Below are positions 49,501 through 62,814 of a stretch of 64,000 nt of DNA, piece by piece. Source of the DNA: Cycas panzhihuaensis (Eukaryota > Plantae > Cycadophyta); NCBI GenBank assembly GCA_023213395.1, contig CM041465.1:88047741-88111740 (forward strand). Direction: 5' to 3'. The position numbers and the translations under genes were made by a program. Position 1 is the first letter of the stretch; each line of letters starts with the position of its first letter. The notes under the pieces were generated by a model. The model was not told where the DNA came from, searched no databases, and worked only from the letters and a program-made list of their open reading frames with translations.

Positions 49501-50270
49501 CCCAAAAGCATATCAAATCTTTCCTAGCTCATTTAGGTTTTTTATAACACTTCTTAGTAAACTTTTCCATGAATGCCAACCCCTTGATGAATCTTCTCAA
49601 GAAGGAGACCACATTTATTTGGACCTTGGTAGCCTAAGCTACCTTTTAGGAGCTTAAGTGAGCTCTTATTTTGGCTTATATTTTAGCTCCCCCAATACTC
49701 AACAAGACATTTATCTTATATATATCCTCTATAAATGAATCCATTGGTGCCATGCTAGTTCATAAGGATAATACCAAAATTAAATGTACTATTTACTTCA
49801 TTAGTCACACACTAGTGGCCATTGAAATCAACTATGCCCCTATTGTAAAAGATTATTTGGCCCTAGTGTTTGTTGTTAAAAAATTAAGACATTATCTCCT
49901 AGGTAACACCATGAATATCATCATTGAGTCTAACCCCTTATATTTCCTCATGACAGTCTAATTTGATAAGATGAATGGAGAAATAGATCTTGCTTTGGTA
50001 GGAGTATGATCTTAAGATCATCAATGAGAAGTCTATAAAAGGGATGGTTGTAGTTCAGTAGCTTACTCATGCTCCCCTCTTGAACCATTTTAATACCCCT
50101 ATTGATGATTGCTTACTGAATGAAACCATCTTTTTCCTATAACAAATAGATAGCCAAAGGCCCATTAATGATCAATGGTATGATGATACTATTTACTATG
50201 TCATTCACTAGACCTACCTCCAAAATGTAAGCAATGAGGCTAGACAACGTATAATGGCTACTAGAACCCA
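42506..50270 (+). mobile_element. Non-chromovirus Ty3/gypsy element (Athila/Tat superlineage), decayed and broken before the integrase core
   Basis: Putative LTR 42506-43568 and long leader. Pro-rich region, gag (KFKGTLS*DPVDYI...KLFLRSL ~46800), knuckle ~47600, protease (IIVNNRLLVNTM; DYNLLLE*PW), RT (SLMDGFWAYNQI; TTPWGTFAYVAMPFGLK), RNase H (FILYIS...KKLRHYLLG), then WYDDTIYY. Confidence 0.85.
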
Positions 50271-51529
50271 TTGGGCCCATTAGACATTGTCTAAGATCAT
50301 TCACATCATGTACCTTGGTCCTAATGAGCCATAATAAGCTTAAACTATACCTTTGCCCTACGTTGATAAACTATACCTTGGCCCTAATGAGCCATAATTG
50401 ACCATTAGGTTCCTAGAAGCATAGACCAAGAAAGAGAAAGCCATAACTTTTGTAATACTTGTTAGAATCATAAACAACCTAAATAGATGTCTTCCTACCA
50501 AAATTACCTTGTTCAAACTCACTTACCCTAACTTAATAAGCTCTCTGTGCTTATCTAAGTATATTAGGTCATTTTATTATGTAAATTTTGGGGTCAATAA
50601 GATATAAACACCCCACTCTTACCTTGGTTCCCTTCTCCTTCCCCTGGTAGCAATACATCCTAAATTCTTGGGGCTCCTATTCTATCTTTCTTTCACCATC
50701 TGTTTACACCCCTTCCATCTTACTCATCCTATTTCGTAAATTCCCTTCTTCTATTTATGCTTATTTTCTTTAATCCTTTTCTACATTCATCATAGCCCCT
50801 CATAATTAAAGTGGTAGAATTATGATACTCAAGAATAATTTCAACCTCCATGTAATAGGATGTTAAAACAAAATTATCAACTCTTACATCCAAGTCAAAT
50901 ATGGCCACTATAATGAATAAGATAGTACTTATTTCCTCTAATATATTAGGCCCATCAACTTTGGTCAGCCCCACACTACATCAAATGATAACTCAGCCTC
51001 CATGGTAGTAGCAACCATTTCATCACAAGACCAACATCCCCACTTTTGATCCTAACATCAACAAGGATTGCACATAAAATTGGATCAGCAAATTGGAGTC
51101 CTACTTCATCCTTAATCCAATGCCAGTCAATGATTAGTTCACATTTGAATTTATCTATTTAGATAGAAAGATATACCATTGGGTTTGATGGTGGAAGTAA
51201 GAATATGCATCCAGTCACTCTTGGGCTCATTTCTCTACCAACTTCTTTGAGCAATATGAGGATACTTGGAACTAATCCTTCTTCACATAATTAATATAGT
51301 TAAATCAAGTATCATTTGTAGAAGTGTACACTGATGAGTTTTAATCTTTATATAATTGGGTTGATCAACAACTCGATAAATAGATAAGGATTGATACATA
51401 TATATCTGGGCTCAAAGAGCACATTTAAATATACCTTAAGACCATGTCTTTGTATACTTTGAAGGATGTGATCAACATGGAAAAAGTAGTTGAAGCATAA
51501 TTTGCCTTAAAAAGGTCCCATCTATTTAG

Positions 51530-51619
51530 ATGAGATTCCACCTAGTTTCAAAGATTATGACAACTTAACTATTAATGAGATTCTACCTAGTCTTAAAGAC
51601 TATAACAAGCTAACTACCA
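51530..51619. repeat. 45-bp tandem repeat (2 copies) within chromovirus gag
   Basis: atgagattccacctagtttcaaagattatgacaacttaactatta / atgagattctacctagtcttaaagactataacaagctaactacca. Confidence 0.85.
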
Positions 51620-54600
51620 ATGATTGTAACTATGATTGGAAGACCCCCAATATGCACTTATCAAGTACTATTTAGAGGAACCATGATCAAAATCCATTCA
51701 TATCACTCTAATAGAGGCACAACACTATTGAGAAGTTGGTCTCTATATGCAATTCTTAGAAAAGTAAATCATCAGTTATGGTAGAGTCTACAAAGCTAGG
51801 AAGATGGTGTTCACAATCAACCCTAACTTGTCTCTAAAAGATGACCTTGATTTTGATCATGAATATGAAGAAGACCACTAAGAACACCCTACTAAAGAGA
51901 TGCCCCCTAATCTAGAACCTAAAGTTTCTTTATCTATTGTTACCTCCACCTCATACCTTAAGTCACAACATGTTAAAGGAACACTTAGGAAAACCCCCAC
52001 GACCATTCTATATGAAGGTGGGGCATTGTTGAACTTAATTGATATATCCATAGCTAGATAGCTTAATCTCTATATATAACCCAAGATAGGATTCACTTAT
52101 TCCCTACCTACTCATCACACCCTTCATTATGCAAGGATAATTAAAAATCTCACCATTTATATTGGCTCATATACCCTAGTCTCAGACTTTTATTCTTTGT
52201 CCATAGGTGGGTTAGATGTAACTCTTAGTGTACAGTGGCTCTAGATATTAGGAAGCTATATCACTAACAACTCACCCACAACCCTATTTATCATGTTTAA
52301 AGACCATATGGGTTGTTCGTATAAACTTTATAGGATGTAGTCCCCCCTAAATAACGTTATCTCACCTACTATCACACCGTTGAATTATAGAACTCATATG
52401 ACCCCATCGATCTTTAATTATATAGGAACTCATATTTTTAGTAAAATAAAATTAAAAAGATCACAAAGGAATTAATAAGCATAGATATTATTTAACCTAG
52501 TAAGAGCCCACACGTTGCACCTATCATGTTAGTTTGTAAAAAGGATGGCTCATTCTAACTATGTGTTGACTATCACAAATTAAATAAAATAACTATAAAA
52601 AATAAATTCCCTATATCACAGATCGATGGCATGAGATCTACGATGCCATGGTCTTTACCAAATTAAATATGTAGTCAAGATATTACTAAATCCCCATCCT
52701 ATCAAAAGACCAATATAAAATAACCTTTCAAACTCATTATAGCCATTTTGAGTTTTAAGTCATGTTGTTTAGCCTATGTAATTCTTCAGCTACCTTTTGG
52801 GTATTAATGAATAAAATATTCTCTCCATACCAAAGAAAATTTACCATCATTTTTTTCATTGATATTCTCATCTACAGCTTAAACATGTCGTCCTATATAG
52901 GCCATTTAGAAATAATTCTCTAAATCTTGGCTACGAATAAGTTATATGCCAAATTCTCCAAATGCAAGTTTGAAAAAACTAAACTACAATACTTTGGCCA
53001 TATTATCTCATCCATAAGGGTTTGGGTATACCCTAGTAAGATTTCAGTCATCACTAATTGGCCAACCCCTAAAAACCTTACCTAATTACAGGCCTTCTTA
53101 GGACTTACTAGATTTTATCAATAATTTGTTCAAAATTATGTAGCCCTGGTAGCCCCTTTAATTGACTTACTTAGGAAAGATTCCTTCTAGTGGTCCCCCT
53201 TTTCCAATAAAGTATTCATCCACCTTAAGGAGATTATGACAACCACCCCAACTTCAGCCATACTAGACTTTACTTGTTCATTCTAACTAGAATGTGATGC
53301 ATCTAGATTTAGATTAGGTGCCATATTAATATAGAAATTCTAGCCCATTGTTTTTAAAAGTAGGAAACTCAAGGAACATGAGTGCAAATTTTTTACTTGC
53401 TAAAAGGAAATGCAGACAATCCTCCACATTGTAGATAAATAGGGACAATATCTAATTAGGTCAAAATTTACCTCCTCACTGACCATAATAGCCTTCACTG
53501 CCCACTAGACCAACCAATCTTATCAGAAGAGGAGGCTAAATGGGTTGATCAACTTTAAGTTTTTTAATTCACAATCACCTATAAAAAGGAAAAAGATAAT
53601 ATAGTGGCAGATACTCTTTCCCATCTACCAACCCCTGCACATGATGAGAGCACTTATCATCTTGAGGATTCCACCATTCATGCCATTTCTACTCCATAGT
53701 CGATATGTATACAAGAATTAGTTTCAACTAATGAATCCCAATCAGACTTTCCATAATGGGCTAATAAGGTCCATACACAAAAGAATTAGGCCATCTATAA
53801 TAATCTCCTATTATACCAAAATCATATATTGGTACACCCACAATCAGTTTTTATTCCTAGGATTTTACTTGAATATCACTCTTCTCCACTAAGTGGTTAT
53901 TTAAGATTCGATAAGACATATCATAAGATCCATTCAAACTTATTTTAGCTAGCTATGAAGTTAACCATTCTCATATTTATCTCAGAATGTGATACTTTCT
54001 AATGCAATAAAGCAAATACAAAATCCCAATTGGGTCTCTTATAACCTTTACGTATCTCACAAGGTAAGTGGCAAGATATTGCCATGGATTTTATTACGGA
54101 ATTACCTTTATCTATTGAGTATGATTCTATTCTAGTGGTCATTAATAGGTTGATAAAATACATATATTTTCAACCTATCTACACTGCTTACAAGGAGCCA
54201 TGCATCATAGATATTTGCATTCAAATATTATTCTATTTACATGGATTTCCATCTATTATTTTATATGATTGGATCCTAAATTTACTAGTTCATTCTAGTA
54301 GGAACTATTCAAAGCCTCTAGAACATCATTTAATATAATCTCTATGTGTCATACATAAATCGATGGCTAATTAGAGGTCCTTAATAAAACTTTGGAGACT
54401 TACAATATTTTATACTTGACCACCAGTCTAAGTAAACAGCATGGCTAGTCTTAGCTGAATATTGGTACAACTCATCCCTATTTTTAGCCTTATATGGTTA
54501 TGCTTGTCATACCTTAGCCACTAACGTCTACATCATTGTAGTACAATAGAAATTATAGCACATGGACCAAATTCTCAATACCCTTAAATAAAATTTATCC

Positions 54601-54924
54601 ATGCCCCAAAATCGAATGAAGTAATTAGTAGATTGCCACCATTCATATTGCTCCTTTAACATTGGTGATCTTATGTTCCTTCTTCTATAGCGATATAAGT
54701 AACAATCCATTTGACATTATAAGAACCACAAGCTTAGCCCTTGGTATTATGGCCCATATAATGTCCTTAAATATATTGGTGAAGTTTTATATGCCCTTGA
54801 CCTTTATCTTACCACTAAAATCTATAATGTTTTTCACATTTTCTCTATTAGAAAGTGTATTAGTAAAACCCATATCCCCTAGATAGTTTTACTAGTTTTG
54901 GATGAAGAAGAGTTCCTTACTATC

Positions 54925-55075
54925 TCCCTAAAATGTATTCTAACTAGTAAATAATGTCATATTTGAAACTAGTCAATTTCTGAATATTTAATATAGTGGG
55001 TTAGCTACAAATCAAATGAAGCAACTTGGGAATCTAATGATTTTATCAAGTAGCATCCTCACCTTAAGTGCCTTA
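54925..55075 (+). pseudogene. Integrase C-terminal chromodomain remnant
   Basis: ISEYLI*WVSYKSNEATWESNDFIK*HP. Confidence 0.85.
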
Positions 55076-55938
55076 AGGACTCAACATCTCAAAGAGGGGG
55101 ACATGTTACAAAACTAATCTTTCTAGTTATGTAAAGCATTAATATGCAGAGAGACACCATATAGTTAAGTGATAATTTTAGTTATGAAACTTTGTATATA
55201 CATTGCTAAGTTGTCTAATGGAATATAAGGTCACTTAGGCTACCAATATGATTGCTTGAAAAAGACCCTCTTTTGTCTATTTAAGGTTTGTGGATTGTAG
55301 AAGATGGTTAACTTATTATTTATCTTCTTATAAGAATTATACTCTGGTCCTCTCTTTGGGTGATTAATTGATGCTCTTGTACTCTCAAGTCTCTTTAGCA
55401 ATCTGATTTCTCTTTCTAGTTAGATAAAGTGGTTATAAATCATTTATTTTACTACCATTTTAAGGAGACCCTTTAGGAAGAAACATCTCACCCACTTCAC
55501 TAATTTCTTAGTTCTTGTTGTATATTCACTCTGTTAAAATATATTGTCATATTCTAGTTTACCTCATCACCTATGAGTTGGCTCATTACTAAGGCTCTTT
55601 TCTTTATTGAAAAACCAAAAAAATTATGTATATATACAAAAGAAAAAAAGAAAAAAAAAAAGATGTATGTATGTGTGTGTGTGTACCCTTACCACCTTCT
55701 TGGTATCTGGGGTAGGTTATGTGTTGGCCTTGTCCCCACCTGCTATTTATAATTTGGGTCTAAATGTGTAAGTCACTTAGGTCCTTTAAATCTAGCTATT
55801 TAGGACCATCGTGACCTCAACCATGATCAAAACCTACTTGACATTTTGAGAACTAAAATAAATCATGGAAACTTGATGTGACACTTATACAAAGCCACTT
55901 ATGTGGTCCACATTTAACCTATTATTATAGTTAAAGTA

Positions 55939-56268
55939 TAATAGGAAACACCAAATATGCAAATACAATGCTAAGAATCATTTATAAACATAATAGACTC
56001 GAATAAAATAAGCACATAGGACAAACAGATTTAATATAGGAACCTTTTCAAGAAAAACCTATAATAGAATATATCATCATATTTTTATAAATCTAAATAT
56101 TATAATACAATGGAGTTTGATCTATATTTATAGATCATGAGTGCCTCAAATATTTAATATTCAAGTTTATATCTGTTAACCTAATATTACAATATTATAT
56201 TAATATATTCGTACAATATATCTACTTATTCATGTTAGTTGATAAGTGGCTATAATACCACTCTAAGA
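55939..56268 (-). repeat. 3' LTR of copia E
   Basis: Colinear with 59640-59966 (taggaaacaccaaatat...gataagtgg.tataataccactctaa). Confidence 0.9.
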
Positions 56269-59200
56269 TCCCCTTTTAATGTAAATATGGGGTCTTGAAG
56301 TCTTATTAGGAATTTGTCTATCTCTTTATCCTTATCGATAGACCCCCCTCGAGGATAATCTCACTGAATCTCCCAATTTTGCACAAACATTGATGAAGTA
56401 ATATTTAGTAAGAGCTTAGTAAACATATCCTCAAGCTAATGTCCTCTTAGATAAAACTCAACCTACATCTTCCATGATCTAATATACTCTCAGTTGTAAT
56501 GGTGTTATGCCTAGTACGTACGTGATTCTTTGAAATGTCTCCAATAGTCCTTACAACCATACAACTCTCGCTCACATTAATACTTAGTCTATAGTACTCA
56601 GCTTATTTCCTTCACTAAACTAAGAGGTTGAGCTACTTAATCCATGTAGATCTCTTCTTCAAGTCTCTATTAAGGAATGTTGACCTCTCATTCATCTGAT
56701 GTGACTCCCCACTATATGTAGCTACTAAAGTAAGGATTAATTAGATTGATAACCATATAGAGACTAGTACAAATATCTCCTCAAAATTGATTCCTTCTTT
56801 CTGCTTAAAATTTTGTGTATTAAGTCTTGTCAACTTGCAATCTGACTAGGTTCTTTAAGGGAGGTAAGGAACCTAAATCCTACATATATCACTCCTCTTC
56901 AACATAGCTCTCCATTACAAATCTCCTATCATTAGAATATTGGTGTCTATCATGAGTCTAACTGGTATGTTGATCCTTATTCTTCAATCATCCTCTAGGT
57001 CTTCAATTATCATTCTAGAGTCCTCAAAGGTCCTCCTAGTCTATAATGAAACATGTGTTGTAATCTATGTCTCTTCTTACAATGACTCCTCATCATCACT
57101 TCCACTAGGTCCTACTTCTATCTCAAACATAATGTTAGGTACATAAACCTCTACACCTATTAAACCATGTCTTAGAATAAGGAAGAAATAAAGGATAAAA
57201 CCTATATTTAGTTAACACCTCAATATAATATGTCATAAAACTCTTCAACTTGATATCTAGACTAATTACAATGCTTTCTCCCTACAGATTATATAATTTA
57301 TAAGCCTTGTTCTTAAACCCCAAATAAATACACTCCAAACTCTTGTGATCCTACTACTGTAATCTTTGTCTAAGATGTGTGTACTCTAATACACTTCAAT
57401 ATTCAATGGAAAGTTTCTGATAGATTTAATACAAGTTGGGGAAAATGCCATAAACATCCTTAGGAGGTGCCTCATAAAATGGCTATCACAATAGCTTCTA
57501 GAAAAAAAATAGGAGGTAAACTTTACCATGCATTAAACACCTCCACATCTATATCATGATACCATTCTTCATCTACAATATAAACTTACTAGGGTACATG
57601 GGATAACCAACTTCTGTTTTATACCATGACCAAGGTAGAACTAATTTTAAGGCATTAGCATCATATACCTTTCTATTCATACTTCAACTTCATCATAAAT
57701 ATGCTAGCGGTTCTACATCAGATTTATTCAAATATGCACACATGTTGAACCAGCATGCAATAGGATGTATACATCATGCTAACATCAGTCCAACCACCCA
57801 AAGTATAACAGTCCATCATAAACTAATAGCCACTTATACAAACAGGCCAATAAAGAATAATTTTGAACCACATCATCTCATTAATCTGATGTAAAAACAC
57901 CAATATAATTGAATAAAAACATCATCACTTTATAAATAAACCATATCTTTGTAATAAACATGCAATGATTAATTACCATAATATTGTTTGCTTGCCTTGC
58001 AACTTAGTATCTCCATAACATGCCCTTCTCGCCTTTCTATCAATCAATAAACACAAACTGACATGGATAGCTTGCTCCCTCATGTAATCACATACAACAA
58101 AGCATATCACATCCCCTCATATCACTAAATAGTCACTAATAGAGTGTGCCCAAAGCACTCACGTTGCCATTAAAAATATCAGCTCATGCATGCCATTGAA
58201 AAGCAAAGCATCTCATACTTTGCCCACTTGAACAAAAAAGGTCAAAACACATCCAATGATATCTCAATATATTAAAGGCCACTCAATATATGTATTTGAT
58301 CCAAGATACCTTAAAGTTGTTAATAGATCAAAATGACCTCTCAATATATTAATAAAAAATCCTAATTAATATTTAATATATCAATAATCATGAATGATAT
58401 TGGTAACCAACCTTAATATCAAAGGGTAAAATATATTATACCTTCATAATAAGGCAATTAACTTTAATTAAATTAAATGACATAATTAAATATATCAAAA
58501 GCAATGTCACTAAATATATTTTGCCACTACCAAATCAAAGATGAGCTGCCACTTAATAAATGGTGATCAAGTTTTATTAAAAAGTGAAAAATATATGTCA
58601 AACCTACATATATCTTTTTACGATAAAAAATATTATCAAATGACAAACTTTTATTATATGGGTAACTTTATCAAATAAGCCATATATGCTGAGTGATTAA
58701 AATATCAATGGTAATTAAATTGAATTTGACTTTGATGTATGCAATTTTAATCAAAATGATGGTGAATAAATATTTTTTAAATGGGCGATCAAATAGTTAA
58801 AAATTTGGGCATGACTTCATTTACAATGATGAATAAAATCAAAGGACAATTAAATTAATTTAAATAGGCCCTAAATATTTACCAAGTTCAATGATGATCA
58901 AAATATTAAACCTTGGTAGATTAAATATTATCAAGGATGACAAAATTATATGCATACCTTATATATTTATCAACTGTAAATAAATATGGTTATGCAATTT
59001 TTTTGTAGCAACTGTAATATGTACTAATGCAAACTCTACATCTGTATTTTATGCTTCTTAGATACTCAACTGTCCTAGGTAATGACATCTAATGAATTCA
59101 ATGTAGACTAATCCTAAACTAAATTTTAATCAATTGACTCTCATATTTGAGTGATGACATCTTCGGCTAAAGCTTCGAAACACTGAACACTCTACGTTCT

Positions 59201-59639
59201 CTCTGCACAATAGATGGCTACACATAAACATGCCTCTCCTACTACATTTGCTCCTCATGAAGACTACAACAATTCACTCCATAGGTGGCTATGTTCTTTT
59301 TTTCACTATAAACTTAGTGGTAATAATAAATAATATATCTCACATGGACAACAACATATGGTAATTGAGTAACCAGGGTTGTAAATTTAAAAGTGGGGGC
59401 TCCAACACCTACACAAATCATAACACCTTTTACTCATTTGTACACCTATAAAGACCATAAAATCCTATAAAATAAATAATTAAAGGCTTTGGGATCTACA
59501 TGCAATCATCATACCTTTGTGGTTGTTCTTTCAGTTGTCAGATAAGCTGATCCTCAATGTTAGCATTACCTAGCAACCAACAATCAAATGATTTACCAAA
59601 TAGTCATCTACTTATGCACCTCCTACCACTTTGATACTA

Positions 59640-59966
59640 TGCTAGGAAACACCAAATATACAAATAGATACCAAAAATATTTATGAACATAATAGACTAA
59701 AATAGAATATGCACATAGGCCAAACTGATTTGACATAGGAAGCCTTTAGGAAAAACCCACCATAGAATATATCATCACATTTTTACAAATTTGAATGGTA
59801 TAATACAATAAATTTTGATCTATATTCATATATCATAAGTGCCTTAAATATTTAATATTTAAGTTTACATTTATTAACCCAATATTACAATATTACATTA
59901 ATATATCTATATAATATATCCACTCATTTACATTAGTCGATAAGTGGTTATAATACCACTCTAACA
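59640..59966 (-). repeat. 5' LTR of copia E
   Basis: Adjacent to the PBS; termini tgctag...ctaaca. Confidence 0.9.
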
Positions 59967-60964
59967 AAGTGTAGATACAAACCTAAGTCTTAGTGGCATT
60001 GGTTAATTCTCATCTTACTCCCTCATTTATTGTGTTATATCTAAGCCACTATTACATTCCCTATAACATTGATCATCCATATCAATAAGGGTAGTTGTGG
60101 GAAGCCTAGTCCTTCTATTGTAGCTTGGACTATTTGAGATTATTTAGGGCATGTCTTGATTCTCTTTAGCATCTATTTGCCTATAATAACCAATAACACA
60201 ACAAATTATACTACTATCATTAAGGCCTTAACTAATGCATTACATGTTTAATGCGGCCCCATCATACTATTTATGAACTCCCAACTCATTATTTATTAGC
60301 TTGCCTAGGTCTACCAAGTTTGCTACCCCTAATTATATGCCTTTACTAACTAAGCTAGGTCATTTTTAGCATAATTCTCTATAATCATCTATGTCATGTC
60401 CCACGAGGATATAACACCAAGACTAACTAATTGGTTGTCTTTCCTTTAGTATTTAAGGCACTCCCTCATTTGTTCAAGTTCTTTGGCTTCTAAGCTCAAT
60501 CTTTGTCTATCATGCCCTGTCCTTTCTACTCACTGGTATAATCGACCAGTGACCTAAGACCACTATGAGAAATAACAACTAATAAGGGTAAACTATGGTG
60601 GCCCTGTTTATGTTTGTTTAGGTTTATTGCAATCATTAGTTTATCTTAGTTTGAGTTGGTCACTACATAATCCTCTACCCTAGTTAGCATACCTCTAAAA
60701 TTCTTGCTAACAAGGCTAAACTAAGGGCAACATTCTTTGAACACCTACTAAGAGGCTAAACTATGGTAAAATACTTTTCTCTTTTCACATTTACAAGCTT
60801 ATTATTGGACTAATTAAATCTTTGTTGATAGTTGGAAGCACACCTCTAGGGGGTTACCAGATGTAAGGGGATCAAGCCTATACAATTAGCAACTCTGGGG
60901 CTAAAGTATCTTTAGATGCAAAGGAAAGGATTACTCACAAAGGGTATCTATGCATCAGAACACA

Positions 60965-61410
60965 TGTTGGAGGATCCACAAATGGCGTACAAAGACTGGT
61001 AAGGGGTCTTCCTCGGTTTGTCGAGTGGCCTCAAAGGGACCCTCCTATCTTGAATGGTCGAGGAAGGAGGATTGAGATGAAAGACGCCTTTCCCGAGAAG
61101 AGGGAAAAGAAGGAGGTAGATCATAATGGAGGAAGGGGTACCTACAAATAAGAAATGAGTGATGGGTAGTGAAGGTACAAGGAGGGAGTTGGGCGAAAAA
61201 GAACCAACTCCCAACTCCCAAACGAATGTAAGACAAGATGGTGGCTTACCGAAAGAGGGCACCTTAAGGAGCAGAAGAAATGAGTGATGGGTAGTGAAGG
61301 TACAAGGAGGGAGTTAAGTGAAAAAGAACCAACTCCCAAATGGAGGTAAGACAAGATGGTAGCTTACCGAAAGAGGGCACCTTAAGGAGGATGCTCCTAA
61401 GGTACCAACA
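60965..61410. mobile_element. LTR-like segment with tgttgg...ccaaca termini
   Basis: 6-bp terminal inverted repeat, internal tandem repeat and more CpG than its flanks. No TSD (acaca/cccta). Confidence 0.45.
61150..61389. repeat. About 125-bp tandem repeat, 2 copies
   Basis: aagaaatgagtgatgggtagtgaaggtacaaggagggagtt...gcttaccgaaagagggcaccttaaggag starts at 61150 and again at 61275. Confidence 0.95.
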
Positions 61411-62814
61411 CCCTAAACGGATGGCTATGTGTGTAAGGATTAGGCAATGTGTCCTTTGTTTTGTTTCATAGTGAACATGATATTGTTATAGGTTGTTGCC
61501 ATTTCTAGTTTATTTTGAATTTAAAAAGAGAAAGAAAATAACAACAACACTCTCTCCCTCAATTCGTGCCTCTATCTCTTTTCTTTTACAGGTGTCAAAG
61601 GAACTAAAGATGCAAGAACTAGTGCAAGCTAACCTGATAGTGCATGAAAAAGAAAGAAAAAGGTTGTGGTAGAGGAACTTGCAACCTTTTGTACCCTTGC
61701 CCTAGCAGATATAAGAGTCATACAAGAAGAGGGGAATGGGAATGCAACAATGGTAGGGAACTGCCCCACTAGTGGGGCTAATGCCTACACATGCAAAATG
61801 ACTATCCCTTCACCTATGTGAGTAAGACAAATAACCTACAAGCAACAAAACATAAACAACTTTTTCTTTTTCTTTTTCTTTTCTTAAGAGTAAGGGGGAA
61901 GAGGAGCGAGAAAGAATATATGGTAAGAAGGAGTGCACCTAGAACTAGGATGTCTAATGTAGAGGGCCCTTTCTCTTTCCTCACAATCCGCTTTCGTCTG
62001 CCTAACGCTCCTTATCACAGTTTGTGTTGCAAGAGGAATACTAGTGGGGCTTCCTTACCTTCCCCAAGGACTGAATGCAGAAAGAAACTAAAAGGAAAAG
62101 AGTTGCTCACAAAGAAAATTCAAAGTAATGTAATGATAATAAAAGAGGTATATATACCTTTCATGAAGGCCTTTACTTGCTCCAAAAAAGGTGAAACCTG
62201 CACAATGAGTTATTTGTCCTTCCCTAAGGCTGCTAGAAACACACAGGAGCAAATGCGTGCTCATATATACATATACATGCTTATCAAAGGAAAAGAATAT
62301 GATCTTATATAAGTGTCTTTTAAATAAGCATAATATGCAATCTAAACTTTACCTAATATGCATGTAGAGTACTCTAATGACTATGGTAAAAGGGAAGGAA
62401 AGATAGCCTTAGAATGGCTAGCCCTCCAAGTAAGATACCTTCACACATGCAAGTACTCTAACCAATGGATCAAGCAAGAAACCAAGGATTTCAAGTAGTA
62501 GAAAAGGCAACAAGATTTGTGAATGGTGCATGTTGTAAAAGACACAAAAGTTGCAAAAGTTACAATATGTAACTTTTGTAAGATTTATGGAAGTGAAGAT
62601 GAAACTTTGTAAACCACAAGGGATTACTACAAAAATTAGATCTTAATAGGGCATGAAGGCTGTTTGTAGGCATTGCAAGCTGCTGCCAATGTTACAACTA
62701 ACAAGATCCCCTACCTCAAGGGTTTCTGGGTATGTAAAAGAGGTATAGGGAGAGAAAAAGTACTCCGGAAGCTAACCACCACATGTGCCGACAAGTAGAA
62801 AGAGAGCAATAGGT

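Larger units (their letters stand above)
51050..55485 (+). mobile_element. Chromovirus-type Ty3/gypsy element, decayed; 5' LTR not found
   Basis: gag (WISKLESYF), protease (ILYEGGALLNLID; LDVTLSVQWL), RT (KKDGSF*LCVDYHKLN; FFIDILIYS), RNase H (LECDAS), integrase (MDFITELP; PWYYGPY), chromodomain. PPT aaagaggggga at 55091-55101; LTR starts tgttaca at 55104, end uncertain. Confidence 0.88.
55939..59966 (-). mobile_element. Internally deleted Ty1/copia element (copia E, about 4.0 kb)
   Basis: LTRs 55939-56268 and 59640-59966. TSD aagta/aagtg. PBS-like actttgatacta at 59628-59639. PPT complement tcccctttt at 56269-56277. Only fragments of RNase H (EDMFTKLL), RT (QKEGINFEEIF) and integrase remain. 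Confidence 0.88.

Noticed and set aside
59379-59407. LTR-end-like string aaagtgggggctccaaca inside copia E
   Set aside because: No matching other end or TSD could be found, so no element is called.
60786-60806. catttacaagcttatt resembling the palindrome arm terminus
   Set aside because: The match is short and AT-rich and does not extend.
61791-62312. 173-aa ORF, the longest unexplained ORF in the track
   Set aside because: It crosses simple repeats (LFLFLFLFL, HIYIY), has no recognisable motif and lies in UTR-like retroelement sequence, so it is probably a chance ORF.
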